Assembly (NCBI GenBank): GCA_951406725.2
Contig: OX597823.1
Span: 62,001 to 126,000 of the forward strand
Length of the DNA: 64,000 nucleotides
Source: Octopus vulgaris
Lineage: Eukaryota
Direction of reading: 5' to 3'
The notes under the pieces are model-generated. The model searched no databases. It was not told the DNA's origin and worked only from the letters and a program-made list of their open reading frames with translations. Positions 1 through 11,865 of the stretch are shown here, piece after piece. The position numbers were made by a program, and so were the translations under genes. Position 1 is the stretch's first letter. Every line of letters starts with the position of its first letter.

Positions 1-310
1 CATAATCTTTCTATGACGATGTCACATTTTGTGTGTGTGTGTCTGTTTGTACCTTCCTTACATACAACACAGTAAAGGGCATTTTATACCATGACGACAA
101 CCATGATGACACATCTTGTATGTGTGTGTGTGTGTGTGAATGTTTGCGCCTTATGTACAACATGGTGAAGGACATTTTATACCATGACGACGGCACATTT
201 TGTATATGAGTGTGTATGTGTGTGTGTGTTTGCATGGTCGTTATGTAAATGTATGGTTGTGTGTGTTTGTCTTAGTATATGTGAGTGTGTGTGACAGTCT
301 ATGTGTGTGA
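1..310. repeat. (TG)n microsatellite-rich region with a ~100-bp imperfect tandem unit
   Basis: Recurrent CATTTTATACCATGACGAC motif at ~80 and ~173 between TG tracts. Confidence 0.7.
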
Positions 311-469
311 TTGTCAATTACACTGATGTAAACTGGCTCTGTGAAAGAGCTATACTGGCTCCAACTAATGAAATGGTTTATTAAACTCAATCATGAACTT
401 TTGCAAAAGTTAACATGTACATCAGAAATGACTTTTCAATCAATTGACAATAGTTGATCAAGATCATGT

Positions 470-950
470 TATTCAATATCCTGTTGAATTTCTGAACACA
501 CATAAACCCACTGGGATCCCATCGCATAATTTGACACGAAATCTGGATGCTCCCATTACATTGTTCAGGAATCTTGACCCACCTCGCCTGTGTAATGGAA
601 CTCAATTGTTACTTCCATGAAGCCCACATGTCCTACAGCAACAATCATAACAGGTAGTTACAATAGAGAAAACGTCTTTATTCCAAAATTTCCTCTCACA
701 CCTACAGATGTTCCATTTCAATTTAAGAGGTTTCAGATTCCAGTCAAACTAAGTTTTGGTATTTCAATTAACAAATCTCAGGGGTCAATCCCTCACGGTA
801 GTTGCACTTAATCTCTCTACTACATGCTTCTCCCATGGCCAATTCTATGTTGGTTGCTCACGAGTTGGAAGCAGCAACAATTTATTCATTTGGACATAAA
901 CCAAAAAAATTACACAAAGAATATTGCTTACCCTGAGGTGCTTCAAGACT
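470..950 (+). mobile_element. Helitron Pif1-like helicase C-terminal fragment (degenerate)
   Basis: Frameshifted translation RNLDPPRLCNGT..., VFIPKFPLTPTDVPFQFKRFQIPVKLSFGISINKSQG, CFSHGQFYVGCSRV, TKNIAYPEVL matches Helitron RepHel helicase motifs. Confidence 0.85.
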
Positions 951-1042
951 GACAGATTTTCAATCTAAATTCTATTATCATCACAAGTTGGATATTTAAA
1001 AAATAAAATATAGATATATTTAAAAAATAAAATATAGATATA

Positions 1043-4000
1043 GGTTATCGAGGTAGTCAGAGTATGTGACAGAATATTGAAGATTAGATTAGTGCTCCAT
1101 CATAGTTTAGCAACTATTATATCGGCCTATGCCCCTCAGCCAGGGCTACGCGATGGACAGAAAGACCGTTTCTATGACACCCTACTGCAGACCACCTCAT
1201 TGACAAACAACAGGGACCTTCTCTTTGTGGCTGGTGACTTCAATGGGCATGTTGGACGATATGCTGAGGGCTTCTATGGCGTTCATGGAGGCTATGGTTA
1301 TGGTTCTCGCAATGAGGAGGGAACCAGGCTGCTGGAGTTCTGTGATGCGAATAGTCTTATGGTTTGCAACACTAACTTCAGGAAACCAACAAGCCACTTG
1401 GTCACCTACTGTTCGGGCCAGCATACTAGCCAAATCGACTACATCCTTGCCAGAAAAAGGGAAAGATGGCTGCTTATAAATGCCAAAACCTTCCCAGGCG
1501 AAGAATGTACCCCACAACATAGAATGGTAGTCAGTGACTTTAGGATCAGGACTAAGAGGACGACTAGAAGACGACCAACATGGAGAAGAAGGGTCTGGAA
1601 GCTTAAAGACCCTGCTAATGGACAGAGATTTAGAGACATGTTACTTGAAGCCTTCGACGAAATAGAAGGGGGCATAGCTACACATGGGGTAGAAGATAAC
1701 TGGGCGCTTCTAAGGGACAACCTGCTGAAAGCCACTGACCAGATCTGTGGTTGGTGCAAAGTCCCCACAAGACCCAAAATAACGTGGTGGTGGAACAATA
1801 CTGTTGACAGGGCTATTAGACAAAAGAAACAGGCTTGGAAGAACGGTGGTAGCAGGGAAGTGTATCAGACTGCAAGAAGGGAAGCTAGGAGGCAGGTTTA
1901 TTTAGCCAGAGGGGAAGCTGATAGGAAAAAATGTGCCAATGTCCTGCGCCGTGAGGATGAAAGACTTGAGGTATTTCGTATAGCAAGACAGTGTGTGAGA
2001 GAGAATTGTGACGTGGTAGGAGAAAAATGTGTTCGCACGGATGATGGCTCACTTGCGCTAAATGAGGATGCAAAGAGAGAGGTTTGGAGAAGCCACTATG
2101 AAAGGTTGCTGAATGAGGAAAATGAATGGGATAAAGAGAGTCTGCCGAATGTTGGCCCAACAGAGGGACCAGCAATCCGAGTTGACAGTTCCTTAGTAGT
2201 TAAGGCAATTAAAAGCATGAAAACAGGGAAAGCCCCAGGCCCATCAGGAATTACTGCAGAGATGCTCAAAATATCTGGTAGTGTCGGCTATAGCCTAGTC
2301 ACCCGTATAGTTAACCAGGTGATACACGAAGGAGTCATTCCCAATGACTGGTGTAGCAGCATAATAGTCAGCTGCTACAAAGGTAAAGGTGATGCCCTAG
2401 ATACAAATAACTACAGGGGTATCAAGCTGCTGGATCAGGTAATGAAGGTTACGGAGAGGGTTATAGCCCAACTAATTAGAGAGAGAGTTAGCCTAGATCA
2501 GATACAGTTTGGGTTCGTGCCAGGGAAAAGTACTACTGATGCTATTTTCATAGTAAGACAGCTGCAGGAGAAATACCTAGCCAAAGACAAGCCCCTATAC
2601 CTGGCTTTTGTTGATATGGAGAAAGCCTTCGACAGGGTCCCCCGATCCCTCATCTGGTGGTCAATGAGGAAACTAGGGATAGATGAATGGTTAGTGAAAG
2701 CTGTACAAGCCATGTACAGAGACGCTGCTAGTAAGGTGAGGGTTGGCATCGAGTACAGTGAAGAATTCAGGGTAGAGGTTGGGGTCCACCAAGGTTCAGT
2801 CCTCAGTCCCCTCCTATTTATCATAGTCCTCCAGGAAATAACGGAGGAATTCAAGACAGGATGCCCCTGGGAGCTCCTCTATGCTGATGACCTTGCTCTA
2901 ATTGCTGAATCTCTATCAGAACTAGAGGAGAAGTTTCAGGTATGGAAGCAAGGTTTAGAATCGAAGGGCCTTAGAATCAACCTAGCCAAAACCAAAGTCC
3001 TAACAAGTAGGAAGGTAGACCAATCACAAACGCCTTCAGGTAGATGGCCCTGCTCGATCTGTAGAAAAGGTGTAGGTAGAAACTCTATAAGATGCACCAA
3101 ATGTAAGCTATGGACACATAAGAGGTGCAGCAATGTCAAAGGAAGGCTAACTAGGAAGATGGTTTTTGTATGTGGCAGATGCTCAGGAACAATAAACACT
3201 GAAAATGCTCTGAGACCAACTTCCGTCACTTTCCAGGGAGAAAAACTAGAAGTAGTTGATAGTTTCCGCTACCTAGGTGACCAAGTCAGTAGCGGGGGGC
3301 GGGTGTGCTGAAAGTATAACTGCTAGAGTAAGAATAGCTTGGGCAAAGTTTAGGGAGCTCTTACCCCTGCTGGTGACAAAAGCCTCTCGCTTAAAGTAAA
3401 AGGCAGACTGTATGATGCATGTGTACGTACAACCATGCTACATGGTAGTGAAACTTGGGCTGTGACTGCTGAGGATTTGCGTAAGCTCGCAAGAAATGAA
3501 GCTAGTATGCTCCGATGGATGTGTAACGTCAGTGTTCATAATCGACAGAGTGTAAATACCTTGAGAGAAAAGTTGAACCTAAGAAGCATCAGTTGTGTGC
3601 AAGAGAGACGTTTGCGCTGGTATGGTCATGTGATGAGAATGGCTGAAGATAGCTGTGTGCGAAAGTGCCACACCCTGGCAGTTGAGGGGACCTGTGGAAG
3701 AGGTAGACCCAGGAAAACCTGGGTCGAGGTGGTGAAGCACGACCTTCGAACTCTAGGTCTCACCAAGGAAATGACCAGTGACCGAGACCTTTGGAAGTAT
3801 GCTGTGCGTGAGAAAACCCGGCAAGGCCAGTGAGAACAGTCAAAATCAAAATCAAACCAATATCAGAAAGCAGAACCAAATTGAGGTTGATCAACATCAG
3901 GGCCCCCGTGCAGGTGACACGTAAAAGCACCATCCGTTTGTGGCCGTTTGCCAGCCCTGTCTGGCCCCCATGTCGGTGGCACGTAAAAGCACCATCCGTT

Positions 4001-4347
4001 CGTGTTCGTTGCCAACCTGGCCTGGCCCCCGAGCTGGTGACACGTAAAAGTACCATCCATTCGTGGCCGTTTACCAGCTCTGTCTGGCCCCCGTGCTGGT
4101 GACACGTAAAAGCACCATCCGTTCGTGGCCGTTTGCCAGCTCTGTCTGGCACCTGTGCGGGTGGCACGTAAAAAGCACCCACTACACTCACGGAGTGGTT
4201 GGCGTTAGGAAGGGCATCCAGCCGTAGAAACACTGCCAGATCTGACTGGGCCTGATGCAGCCTTCCAGCTTCACAGACCCCAGTTGAACCGTCCAACCCA
4301 TGCTAGCATGGAAAGCGGACGCTAAATGATGATGATGATGATGATGA
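1043..4347 (+). mobile_element. RTE-clade LINE, 5'-truncated, with 3' UTR tandem repeats and (ATG)n tail
   Basis: ORF 1077-3311: APE motifs (AYAP, GDFNGH, SQIDYIL, QHRMV) and RT motifs ([31 protein letters not shown]); frameshifted C-terminus 3435-3833 ([19 protein letters not shown]). Confidence 0.95.
3901..4181 (+). repeat. Five ~62-bp tandem units in the RTE 3' UTR
   Basis: ACGTAAAA at 3919, 3981, 4042, 4104 and 4166. Confidence 0.9.
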
Positions 4348-4411
4348 TTTTGAAACAATTATGAGAAAAAGGATGTATCTTCATATTTATTTAGTTATGT
4401 GAATAACAACA

Positions 4412-4444
4412 GTAACCTGGGCAACGCCGGGTAATTCAGCTAGT
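4412..4444 (+). mobile_element. Helitron 3' terminus (GC hairpin + CTAG)
   Basis: ACCTGG-GCAACG-CCGGGT hairpin (4415-4432), then CTAG at 4440-4443 followed by T. Confidence 0.75.
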
Positions 4445-4559
4445 ATCTACTAAAAATGCTAAATCACTATGAAACGTATCTTCCAGTTCTACAATAGGAA
4501 CACCTTTAACATTCATAAAAAAATTTCACTTCTTCCATCAGTTCATAAAATCGCTGAAG

Positions 4560-6555
4560 CATTTGGGCCTTACTTAACCACCTAACTTCACAATGGTACA
4601 ATTAATCCCCATGTTCAGCTTCAAGATCTTTCAAAAATTCTTTAAATTCCCTATTATTCAACCCTTTGTTTTTATCAAATTAACAGCCTTAGTTACAACC
4701 TTCATTACATTGCCCATCTTGAGAGATTTTACACTTAAACTTTGCATAGGAATAAAGCAATGGCACACAAAGTTTCTTAAATTTATTCTTAAGCGGAGCT
4801 ATGAACCCTTTTTCACAGTTTACCATAGATGGAGCGCCATCTGTAGCAAGACCACTCGCTTCTTTCATACGGTAAATCAAAATCCTTTAAGGCTGAGTCG
4901 ACCATTTGAAATAAATCTTCACCTCTAGTTGTTCTATGCATTAATTTCAAGGCAAGAAATTCTTCCCAAATGTTGAGTTTTGCAGTTATTCCACATATAA
5001 ATATTGCTATCTGGGCGGTATTAGACAGAGCCCTTAACACGACTATTCAATATGTCATTGGCGACGGGTGTTATACCTGCAGACTGGAGAACAGCGATAA
5101 TCTGCCCAATTTTCAAGAAAGGGAGCCGCGAAGACCCGCTTAACTACCGACCGGTTTCCCTTACATCAATAATCAGCAAGATGTTCGAAACCATCCTTAA
5201 GAAAAGTATGATGCTCCACTTCCTAAACACAGCCTCGATCACTGATTCCCAACACGGCTTCGTGCCGAAGAGATCATGCTTGACCAACTTACTAGTAATG
5301 GAAGAATTGGTGACGCGCATCCCCGATGATAGTGATGCTGTTGACATCGTTTTATTGGACTTTGCCAAAGCTTTTGACTCGGTAAACCACCGCCTACTAC
5401 TTGTCAAGCTTCAAGCATATAGTTTCCATCCGGATATTGTACGATGGGTTGGTGCCTTCCTCTCAGATCGCTCCTTCCAAGTTCAAGTTAATGGTTCGCG
5501 GTCCGACGTCTCCAGTGCGAGCAGTGGCGTGCCTCAAGGTTCAGTGCTTGGGCCCTTGTTGTTCTTAGTCTTCATAAATGACTTGCCCGACGACCTCACG
5601 CAACACACCCTTCTATTTGCCGACGATATCAAACTGGTCGCTCCTCGCGGTAGTATAGAGGATCTTCGTCGATGCCTCCACCAAATTTGGAAGTGGTCTA
5701 ACAATTGGGACCTGTGTCTGAACGTGTCAAAGTGCTGTCATCTGCCTGTCGGCTCTACTCCTGCAACTCAACTTGATTTCGAGCCGGGTCGTCTGCTGCT
5801 GGAGAGGACCGATCAGGTAAAGGACCTAGGTATCTTGGTCGATTCCTCCTTTTCGCCTTCGGCCCAGTGCGTCCATGCTGCCAACAAAGCGCGCGGAATT
5901 CTGTTTTTGATTCGACGGTCATTCGGAATGCTCACAGCAGCCATATTCCTGCCACTCTATGTCACGCTGGTGAGACCCATATTGGAGTATGGGATTCAAG
6001 CCTCTTCTCCTTATCTCCTCAAAGACATACAGCACCTCGAAAGAGTCCAGAGGCTGGCTACCCGCATGGTTCATGGTCTCAAAAATTTGTCCTACGAAGA
6101 AAGGCTGAGGACGCTCGACCTTTATTCTCTTGAAAAACGCCGCCGCCATGGTGATCTCATTCTCGCCCACAACATCATAAGCGGGAAGTGTAACCTCTCG
6201 AAAGAGCTGTTCTTCACTCCTGCTCCGGAGCGTCGGCTGTGGGGTCATTCCGAAAAGCTCTACCTGCGATGATTTCATCTCAATCGAAGGAGAGGAGCTT
6301 TCTCCGTCCGGGTTGCGGATCCGTGGAACAAGCTGCCAGACGAGATGGTGAAGATGCCGATGACCGCTTTGTTCAAAGCCTCCCTGGACCTCAAGTGGCC
6401 TGAACTCTTTACATGAACACCACCCTGTACTTAACTCCATGTCCCCCTACATGGCCTTGCTATTTGCTTTTGAGCCAAATTAACTAACTAACTAACTAAC
6501 TAACTAACAATTGTCTCATCAATAGCTAATGAATGCAATACGAAATCTACTGAAT
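4560..6555 (-). mobile_element. hAT (Charlie/SPIN-like) transposase fragment split by a CR1 insertion
   Basis: Minus strand reads SLAIDET (6510-6535), then SNTAQIAIF, EFLAL..TTRGEDLF and GLATDGAPSM (4700-5025). Confidence 0.75.
5026..6508 (+). mobile_element. CR1-group LINE, 5'-truncated, (TAAC)n tail
   Basis: ORF 5052-6272: NYRPVSLTS, QHGF, DFAKAFDSV, VPQGSVLGP, FADD, LERVQR; tail at 6481-6508. Confidence 0.93.
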
Positions 6556-6681
6556 CAGATTTTGGAAAATTTTGAATGTGTTTGGTTAATGATTACAATA
6601 TTACCCGGAAACGAAATCGGAAAAAAAAAAGTGCAACAGGTTTTTAAAAAATGTGTATGAAACGAATATGAAAACAAAAAT

Positions 6682-6868
6682 GCGCTCAGGAGTGGCTGTG
6701 TGGTAATTAGCTTGCTTACCAACCGCATGGTTCCTGGTTCAGTCCCACTGCGTGGCACCTTGGGCAAGTGTCTTCTACTATAGTCTCGGGCTGACAAAAG
6801 CCTTGTGAGTGGATTTGGTAGACAGAAACTGAAAGAAGCCCGTCGTATATATGTATATATATGTATGT

Positions 6869-6902
<34 letters not shown>

Positions 6903-7104
6903 ATATGTTTGTGTGTCTGTACCCCCAACATCGCTTGACAACTGTTGCTGGTGTGTTTACGTCCCTGTAACTTAGCAGTTCGGCAAAATAAGACCGATAG
7001 AATAGTACTAGGCTTACAAAGAATAAGTCCTAGGGTCAATTTGCTCAACTAAAAGTGGTGCTCCAGCATGGCCACAGTCAAATGACTGAAACAAGTAAAA
7101 GAGT
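6682..7104 (+). mobile_element. tRNA-derived SINE family A (internal TA/TG microsatellite, CR1-like tail)
   Basis: Box A/B-like TGGCTGTGTGG / GGTTCAGTCCC, CCTTGGGCAAGT core, tail GGTGCTCCAGCATGGCC..TGACTGAAAC; several copies in window. Confidence 0.85.
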
Positions 7105-7299
7105 ACAAAGCAACGGTGGGGTGAGGACTTTCGCAAAATTCTGATAACATTTTTCTAACAAATCATTCCATGTCTATTGAAGAGGCCAAAAGTCAACAAT
7201 GTGTTGAAGTATTGAATCAAAAGATTCTAACCCTTTTAATCCAATCTCTTGTCGCCACATGAAATCAGTTTTTTAGTGGGGAGATGACCCAATTTTTTA

Positions 7300-8895
7300 A
7301 TGGGGTGACATAACCAAAAAGTATTTTTATTTTTGTTCGTTGAATGAATTCCAGTAACCGGTTAATGTTTACTTTATTACCCAGTCACGGAAACAAAAAA
7401 AGAAAAAATAGTGCAACGGGTGTCAAAAAAAATGTGTATGAAACGAATATGAAAACAAAAATGTGCGGGGGTGGGGAGAGGACTTTCGGAAAGTTCACAA
7501 AATCCGATTTTTTCCTCCATAACTTTGAGGAAAATGGATATCCATTCATGAAATTTTATATAAATACCTTTCAAATGGCATACATTAATGGTTAAAAAGA
7601 AATTTGTGGTGAAAATCTTTTCCGAGACGTGGGGAGAGGACTTTCAGAAAATTCACAAGATCCTATTTTTATCCTTATGGCATTAGGAAGGGCATCCAGC
7701 TGTAGAAACTTTGCCAGATCAGACTGAAGCCTGGTGCAGCTTTCTGGGGTGCCAGCCCTCAGTGAAACCGTCCAATCAATGCCAGTATGGAAAGAGGATG
7801 TTAAACGACAATGATGATGATCTTTGAGGAAAATGGATATCTTTTGATGAAATTCTTTATAAATACCTTTCAAACGGCAGACATTAGGGTTTTTAGCATA
7901 TCTCATGACCGTCTGATACCTTCCTTATTTGTTCAATATTTTCTGTTAATTTTTATGTTCTGAGTTCAAATTCCACCGAGATCAACTTTGCCTTTCATCC
8001 TTTTGGGGTTGATAAATTAAGTACCAGTTGCGTACTGGGCTCGATCTAATCAACTGCATCCCTCCCCAAAAATTTCGGGATTTGTGCCTAGAGTAGAAAA
8101 GAATATTTTTGGTTAATTACTCCAATTTCTCTCAGTCACCAATAAGCAAGTTAACAAGTCTAATGGGTGTAGGAAGATCTGTATTGAATGTTGTAAAGTA
8201 TATAAGCATAGTTGAGGGTAAGAAGAATGTCTTCCAGTATAAAAAAAGGGCGCCATTGGTGAACGGCATCAAGAACCAGTATACATTCTAACATCAGGAA
8301 CATGGGTATAGTCTTACAGCTGTCAAAAGAAACTTATGAAGTGGCTGGGCTGATGACATATTGTTTCAGGTAGCTAGGTCTCATTCCTGGTCGAACAATA
8401 CACTTTTTCGGGTTTCCTAATAAATGCTCAGTATTTTGAGTGTGAATAGAAAGGTTTGCTGTTTGAAAGGTATTTATATAAAATTTCATTAGAAGATATC
8501 AAAGTTACGAGGGAAAAAAATTGGACCTTGTGAATTTTCCAAAAGTCCTTTCCCTACCCTCTCAGAAAAGATTTCCCTCACAGGTTTCTTTATAAACGTA
8601 ATGTATGCCATTTGAAAGGTATTTATATAAAATTTCATTAAAAGATATTCATTTTCCTCAAAGTTATGGGGGAAAAATCCATCATTTTGAATATTCCGAA
8701 AGTCCTCTCCCCCCCCCCCCATTGCTCGCATTTTTGTTTTCATATTTGTTTCATACACATTTTTTTTTTAACCCGTTGCATTATTATTATTATTATCATT
8801 ATTATTTTTTGTCTTTGTTTCCGGTAATAAGTGTAAATATTAACCATATCAGTTATCTTTAATTCAATCAGAAACACTTTTTCTGGATATGCTAA
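7300..8895. mobile_element. Foldback / non-autonomous DNA element with long inverted arms built from ~155-bp units
   Basis: GTGTATGAAACGAATATGAAAACAAAAATG and AAATACCTTTCAAA in 7300-7880 recur as reverse complements in 8455-8895; a partial copy lies at 6570-6680. Confidence 0.65.
7955..8105 (+). mobile_element. SINE family B fragment
   Basis: TTCTGAGTTCAAATTCC..ACTTTGCCTTTCATCC..GGGGT.GATAAATTAAGTACCAG, shared with the copies at 34323 and 43860. Confidence 0.75.
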
Positions 8896-9934
8896 TATTT
8901 CCTAACAAAGGTTTTCTAGGCATTCTCAACAGTCAGGATACATTCTTTCACAAATTCCCCCATCGCTTTGTGCTTTTTTAGCAATTATTTTCGCACACTG
9001 CACAATTAACCCAAGTTACTGATTCACTTTTAAGAATTGGCCTTTAAAAAATCTTTTCTTTTGGTTAGATTTTCTTGCTTACAAAGTGCTCCTCAGTATT
9101 ATATTTTTTGTGAACAGTGATTTGTTTGTTGCAAATGAGACAAAGGCACTTCTCTATTTCAATTAAAAAATAAGGTTCAGTCCATTTCTTATCAAACAAA
9201 GCACGTTCATCAACACTTTTTGTTTCTTTTTAGGATTTTTATAACCACTTGCCATATTGATAAGACTATCGAAAAATTGGTTTAACAAAGTTATAAACTG
9301 GTGAAACTTATCAATTTCGGAATTTTAGTCATTACTGCTGCCTGGGGAAAACAAAAGCCAACTGACTCATATCTTGCATGCATTCAGTGTTGTAAAAAAA
9401 ATTTTAAATCTGACAAAAATGAAGATATTGTTTGGTTGGGCAATAACTGATAAGATGATGATATGAAAATAGTTGCTGTTGACCTTCTTGGCACTGACTG
9501 ATAGCAAAACTGCAACATCCCTTTTGATGGTTTTGTTTATTTATGAATTGATATCTTAATTTCAATGGAGTATAAATGTATAAATACCTATAATGGGGAT
9601 ACTTGGAAAACAAAAAGAAAAAAGGAAAAACTTACAAGTTTCAAAAAAAAGACATTTTTCACTGCTTTTTCAAAAAAATAAAAATATTTTTTTTTATAAT
9701 TCTGTTCACAAAGCACCAAATTAATAGTTTCAGTTTGTTTTTGATTTTTTAATAGACTTTTAAATATTTTGCTTATAGATTGACAGAAAGAGGGTGAGTG
9801 TCGATTTTGGAGACTTTTTTTTCCCCGTAAAAAACGTGAAAATGAAATAGGGAATGGGGTTCTTAGATATGAATAATTTTTACACAATATCTTCTACAAT
9901 CCTTTAGCTTCATTTAACACAAAAATTATTTCAC

Positions 9935-10318
9935 TACTCTTTACTCTTTTCAGTCATTTGACTGCAGCCATGCTGGAGCACCGCTTTTAGTCGAGCAAAT
10001 CGACCCCGGGCTTTGTAAGCCCAGTACTTATTCTATCGGTCTCTTTTGCCGAACCGCTAAGTGACGGGGACGTAAACACACCAGCATCGGTTGTCAAGCA
10101 ATGCTGGGGGACAAACACACACACAAACACATACATATATACATATACATATATACGACAGGCTTCTTTCAGTTTCCGTCTACCAAATCCACTCGCAAGG
10201 CATTGGTCGGCCCGGGGCTATAGCAGAAGACACTTGCCCAAGATGCCACACAGTGGGACTGAACCTGGAACCATGTGGTTGGTTAGCAAGCTACTTACCA
10301 CATAGCCACTCCTGCGCC
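9935..10318 (-). mobile_element. SINE family A
   Basis: Reverse complement of the 6682-7104 element. Confidence 0.85.
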
Positions 10319-10561
10319 TATGCAATCTATTTTTAGTTTTCTCACCTTGAGTGTAGTTGAGTCTCAAGGAAGTGGTACAACCCTAGCAATATGTGTTTTA
10401 CAGTGAAAACAAAATTTCCATTCAAATGGCAACTACTGGACAATTTCTGTTTGGGTCTGACCGTTATAAGTCATAGTGGAAACGTGACCTATGTCGCAAA
10501 TAGACGTACGAGTTTTGTATAAATTTTATAATTGAAAAACTTAGTATATTTCGTAGTATGT

Positions 10562-10955
10562 GCAGGAGTGACTGTGTGGTGATTAGCTTGTTTACCAACC
10601 ACATGGTTCCGGGTTCAGTTCCACTGCGTGACACCGTGGGCAAGTGTCTTCTACTATAGCATTGGGCCGACCAAAGCCTTGTGAGTGTATTTGGTAGACG
10701 GAAACCGAAAGAAGTCCGTCATATATATATGTATGTGTGTGTGTTCATGTCTGTTTGTGTCCCCAACATCGCTTTACAACTGATGCTGGGGTGTTTACGT
10801 CCCCGTAACTTAGCAGTTCGGCAAAAGAGACTGATACAAATTAGTACTAGGCTTACAAAGAATAAGTCCTAGGGTCGATTTGCTCGACTAAAGATGGTGC
10901 TCCAGCATGGCTGCAGTCAAATAACTGAAACAAATAAAAGAATAAAAAAGAATAT
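10562..10955 (+). mobile_element. SINE family A
   Basis: Same head, core and tail as 6682-7104. Confidence 0.85.
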
Positions 10956-11142
10956 GAGTATCTCAGCCTGCGGATGCAATAATGTGGGCTTGCAGGTACA
11001 ATTGCACTCGCAGGCAGGGGTTTTCCCACCCCCCTTCTCAACAGGGACCGCTTGTGTGTGTATGAGAATGTGCACGTGTTTATATGCATCTTCATATTGA
11101 CACAATTTATGGAATGTCAGTATTTGTTTATGTCCCACATAA

Positions 11143-11247
11143 GACTGGAGCCTGGTGCAGCCATCTGGTTCGCCAGCCCACAGTCAAAACCGTCTAACCC
11201 ATGCTAGCATGGAAGGCGGACGTTAAACAATGATGATGATGATGATA
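11143..11247 (+). mobile_element. RTE 3'-end fragment with (ATG)n tail
   Basis: CCATGCTAGCATGGAA..GGACGTTAAAC.(ATG)n as at 4290-4347. Confidence 0.8.
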
Positions 11248-11865
11248 AACGCGTCTGGCAGTTATGCAGTTTTGATATATTCAGATGAGTGGAATAATAT
11301 GCCTTGAAAAAATAAAAATATGTAAGTGTTGGCACCAAGAAGGGTTAGGGTTAGCTGTTGAATACTTTCTCAAGAAGTTTCCTGCAAATCATATCAGCCT
11401 GGAAAACACTTGTAAAACCAATTATGATGCCAAGATTTTGTTATTCTTCTGAACAGGACACTCAATTCTGTAATTGTCTCCGATAAATTACCTTTATGAA
11501 ACAAGTATCAGGTGTTCACCTACTTGGAGTAGATCAGTTTAGTTTAGACCATAGCCTATGGGGGGGTGGGGGTGGATCTGAAACATTGGCTGTTGCTGTG
11601 TAAAAAAATACAAGAGGAAAACTTATATTTAATCAATTTAATCCCATGATTAAGTTCATAGCTTTGGGTTCCTTGTAACTTGTAATGACCTCTTTATATT
11701 TTCAAGTATATTTCACTATAGACTACCATTCTGACTATGGCTGATATCTGTAGATATCAGTGGATTAACATGGTTTCCATTTTTAATGTTCTTTTTCCTA
11801 TTTTGTATTTCTCCAGAATTGTTACTAAATAGTTAAGGAAGTCCAGTCTATTATTTACATCTTCT

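Noticed and set aside
3045-3185. Cys-rich PHD-like segment as a host-gene exon
   Set aside because: It is in frame within RTE ORF2 and present in other RTE copies
1197-4296. Numerous antisense and alternate-frame ORFs over the RTE
   Set aside because: Shadow ORFs of transposon sequence with no independent motifs
9570-9650. Minus-strand micro-exon-like splice signals
   Set aside because: No coding or homology support; such signals arise by chance in T-rich DNA
11341-11354. Telomeric TTAGGG-like repeat
   Set aside because: Only about two units; compatible with chance
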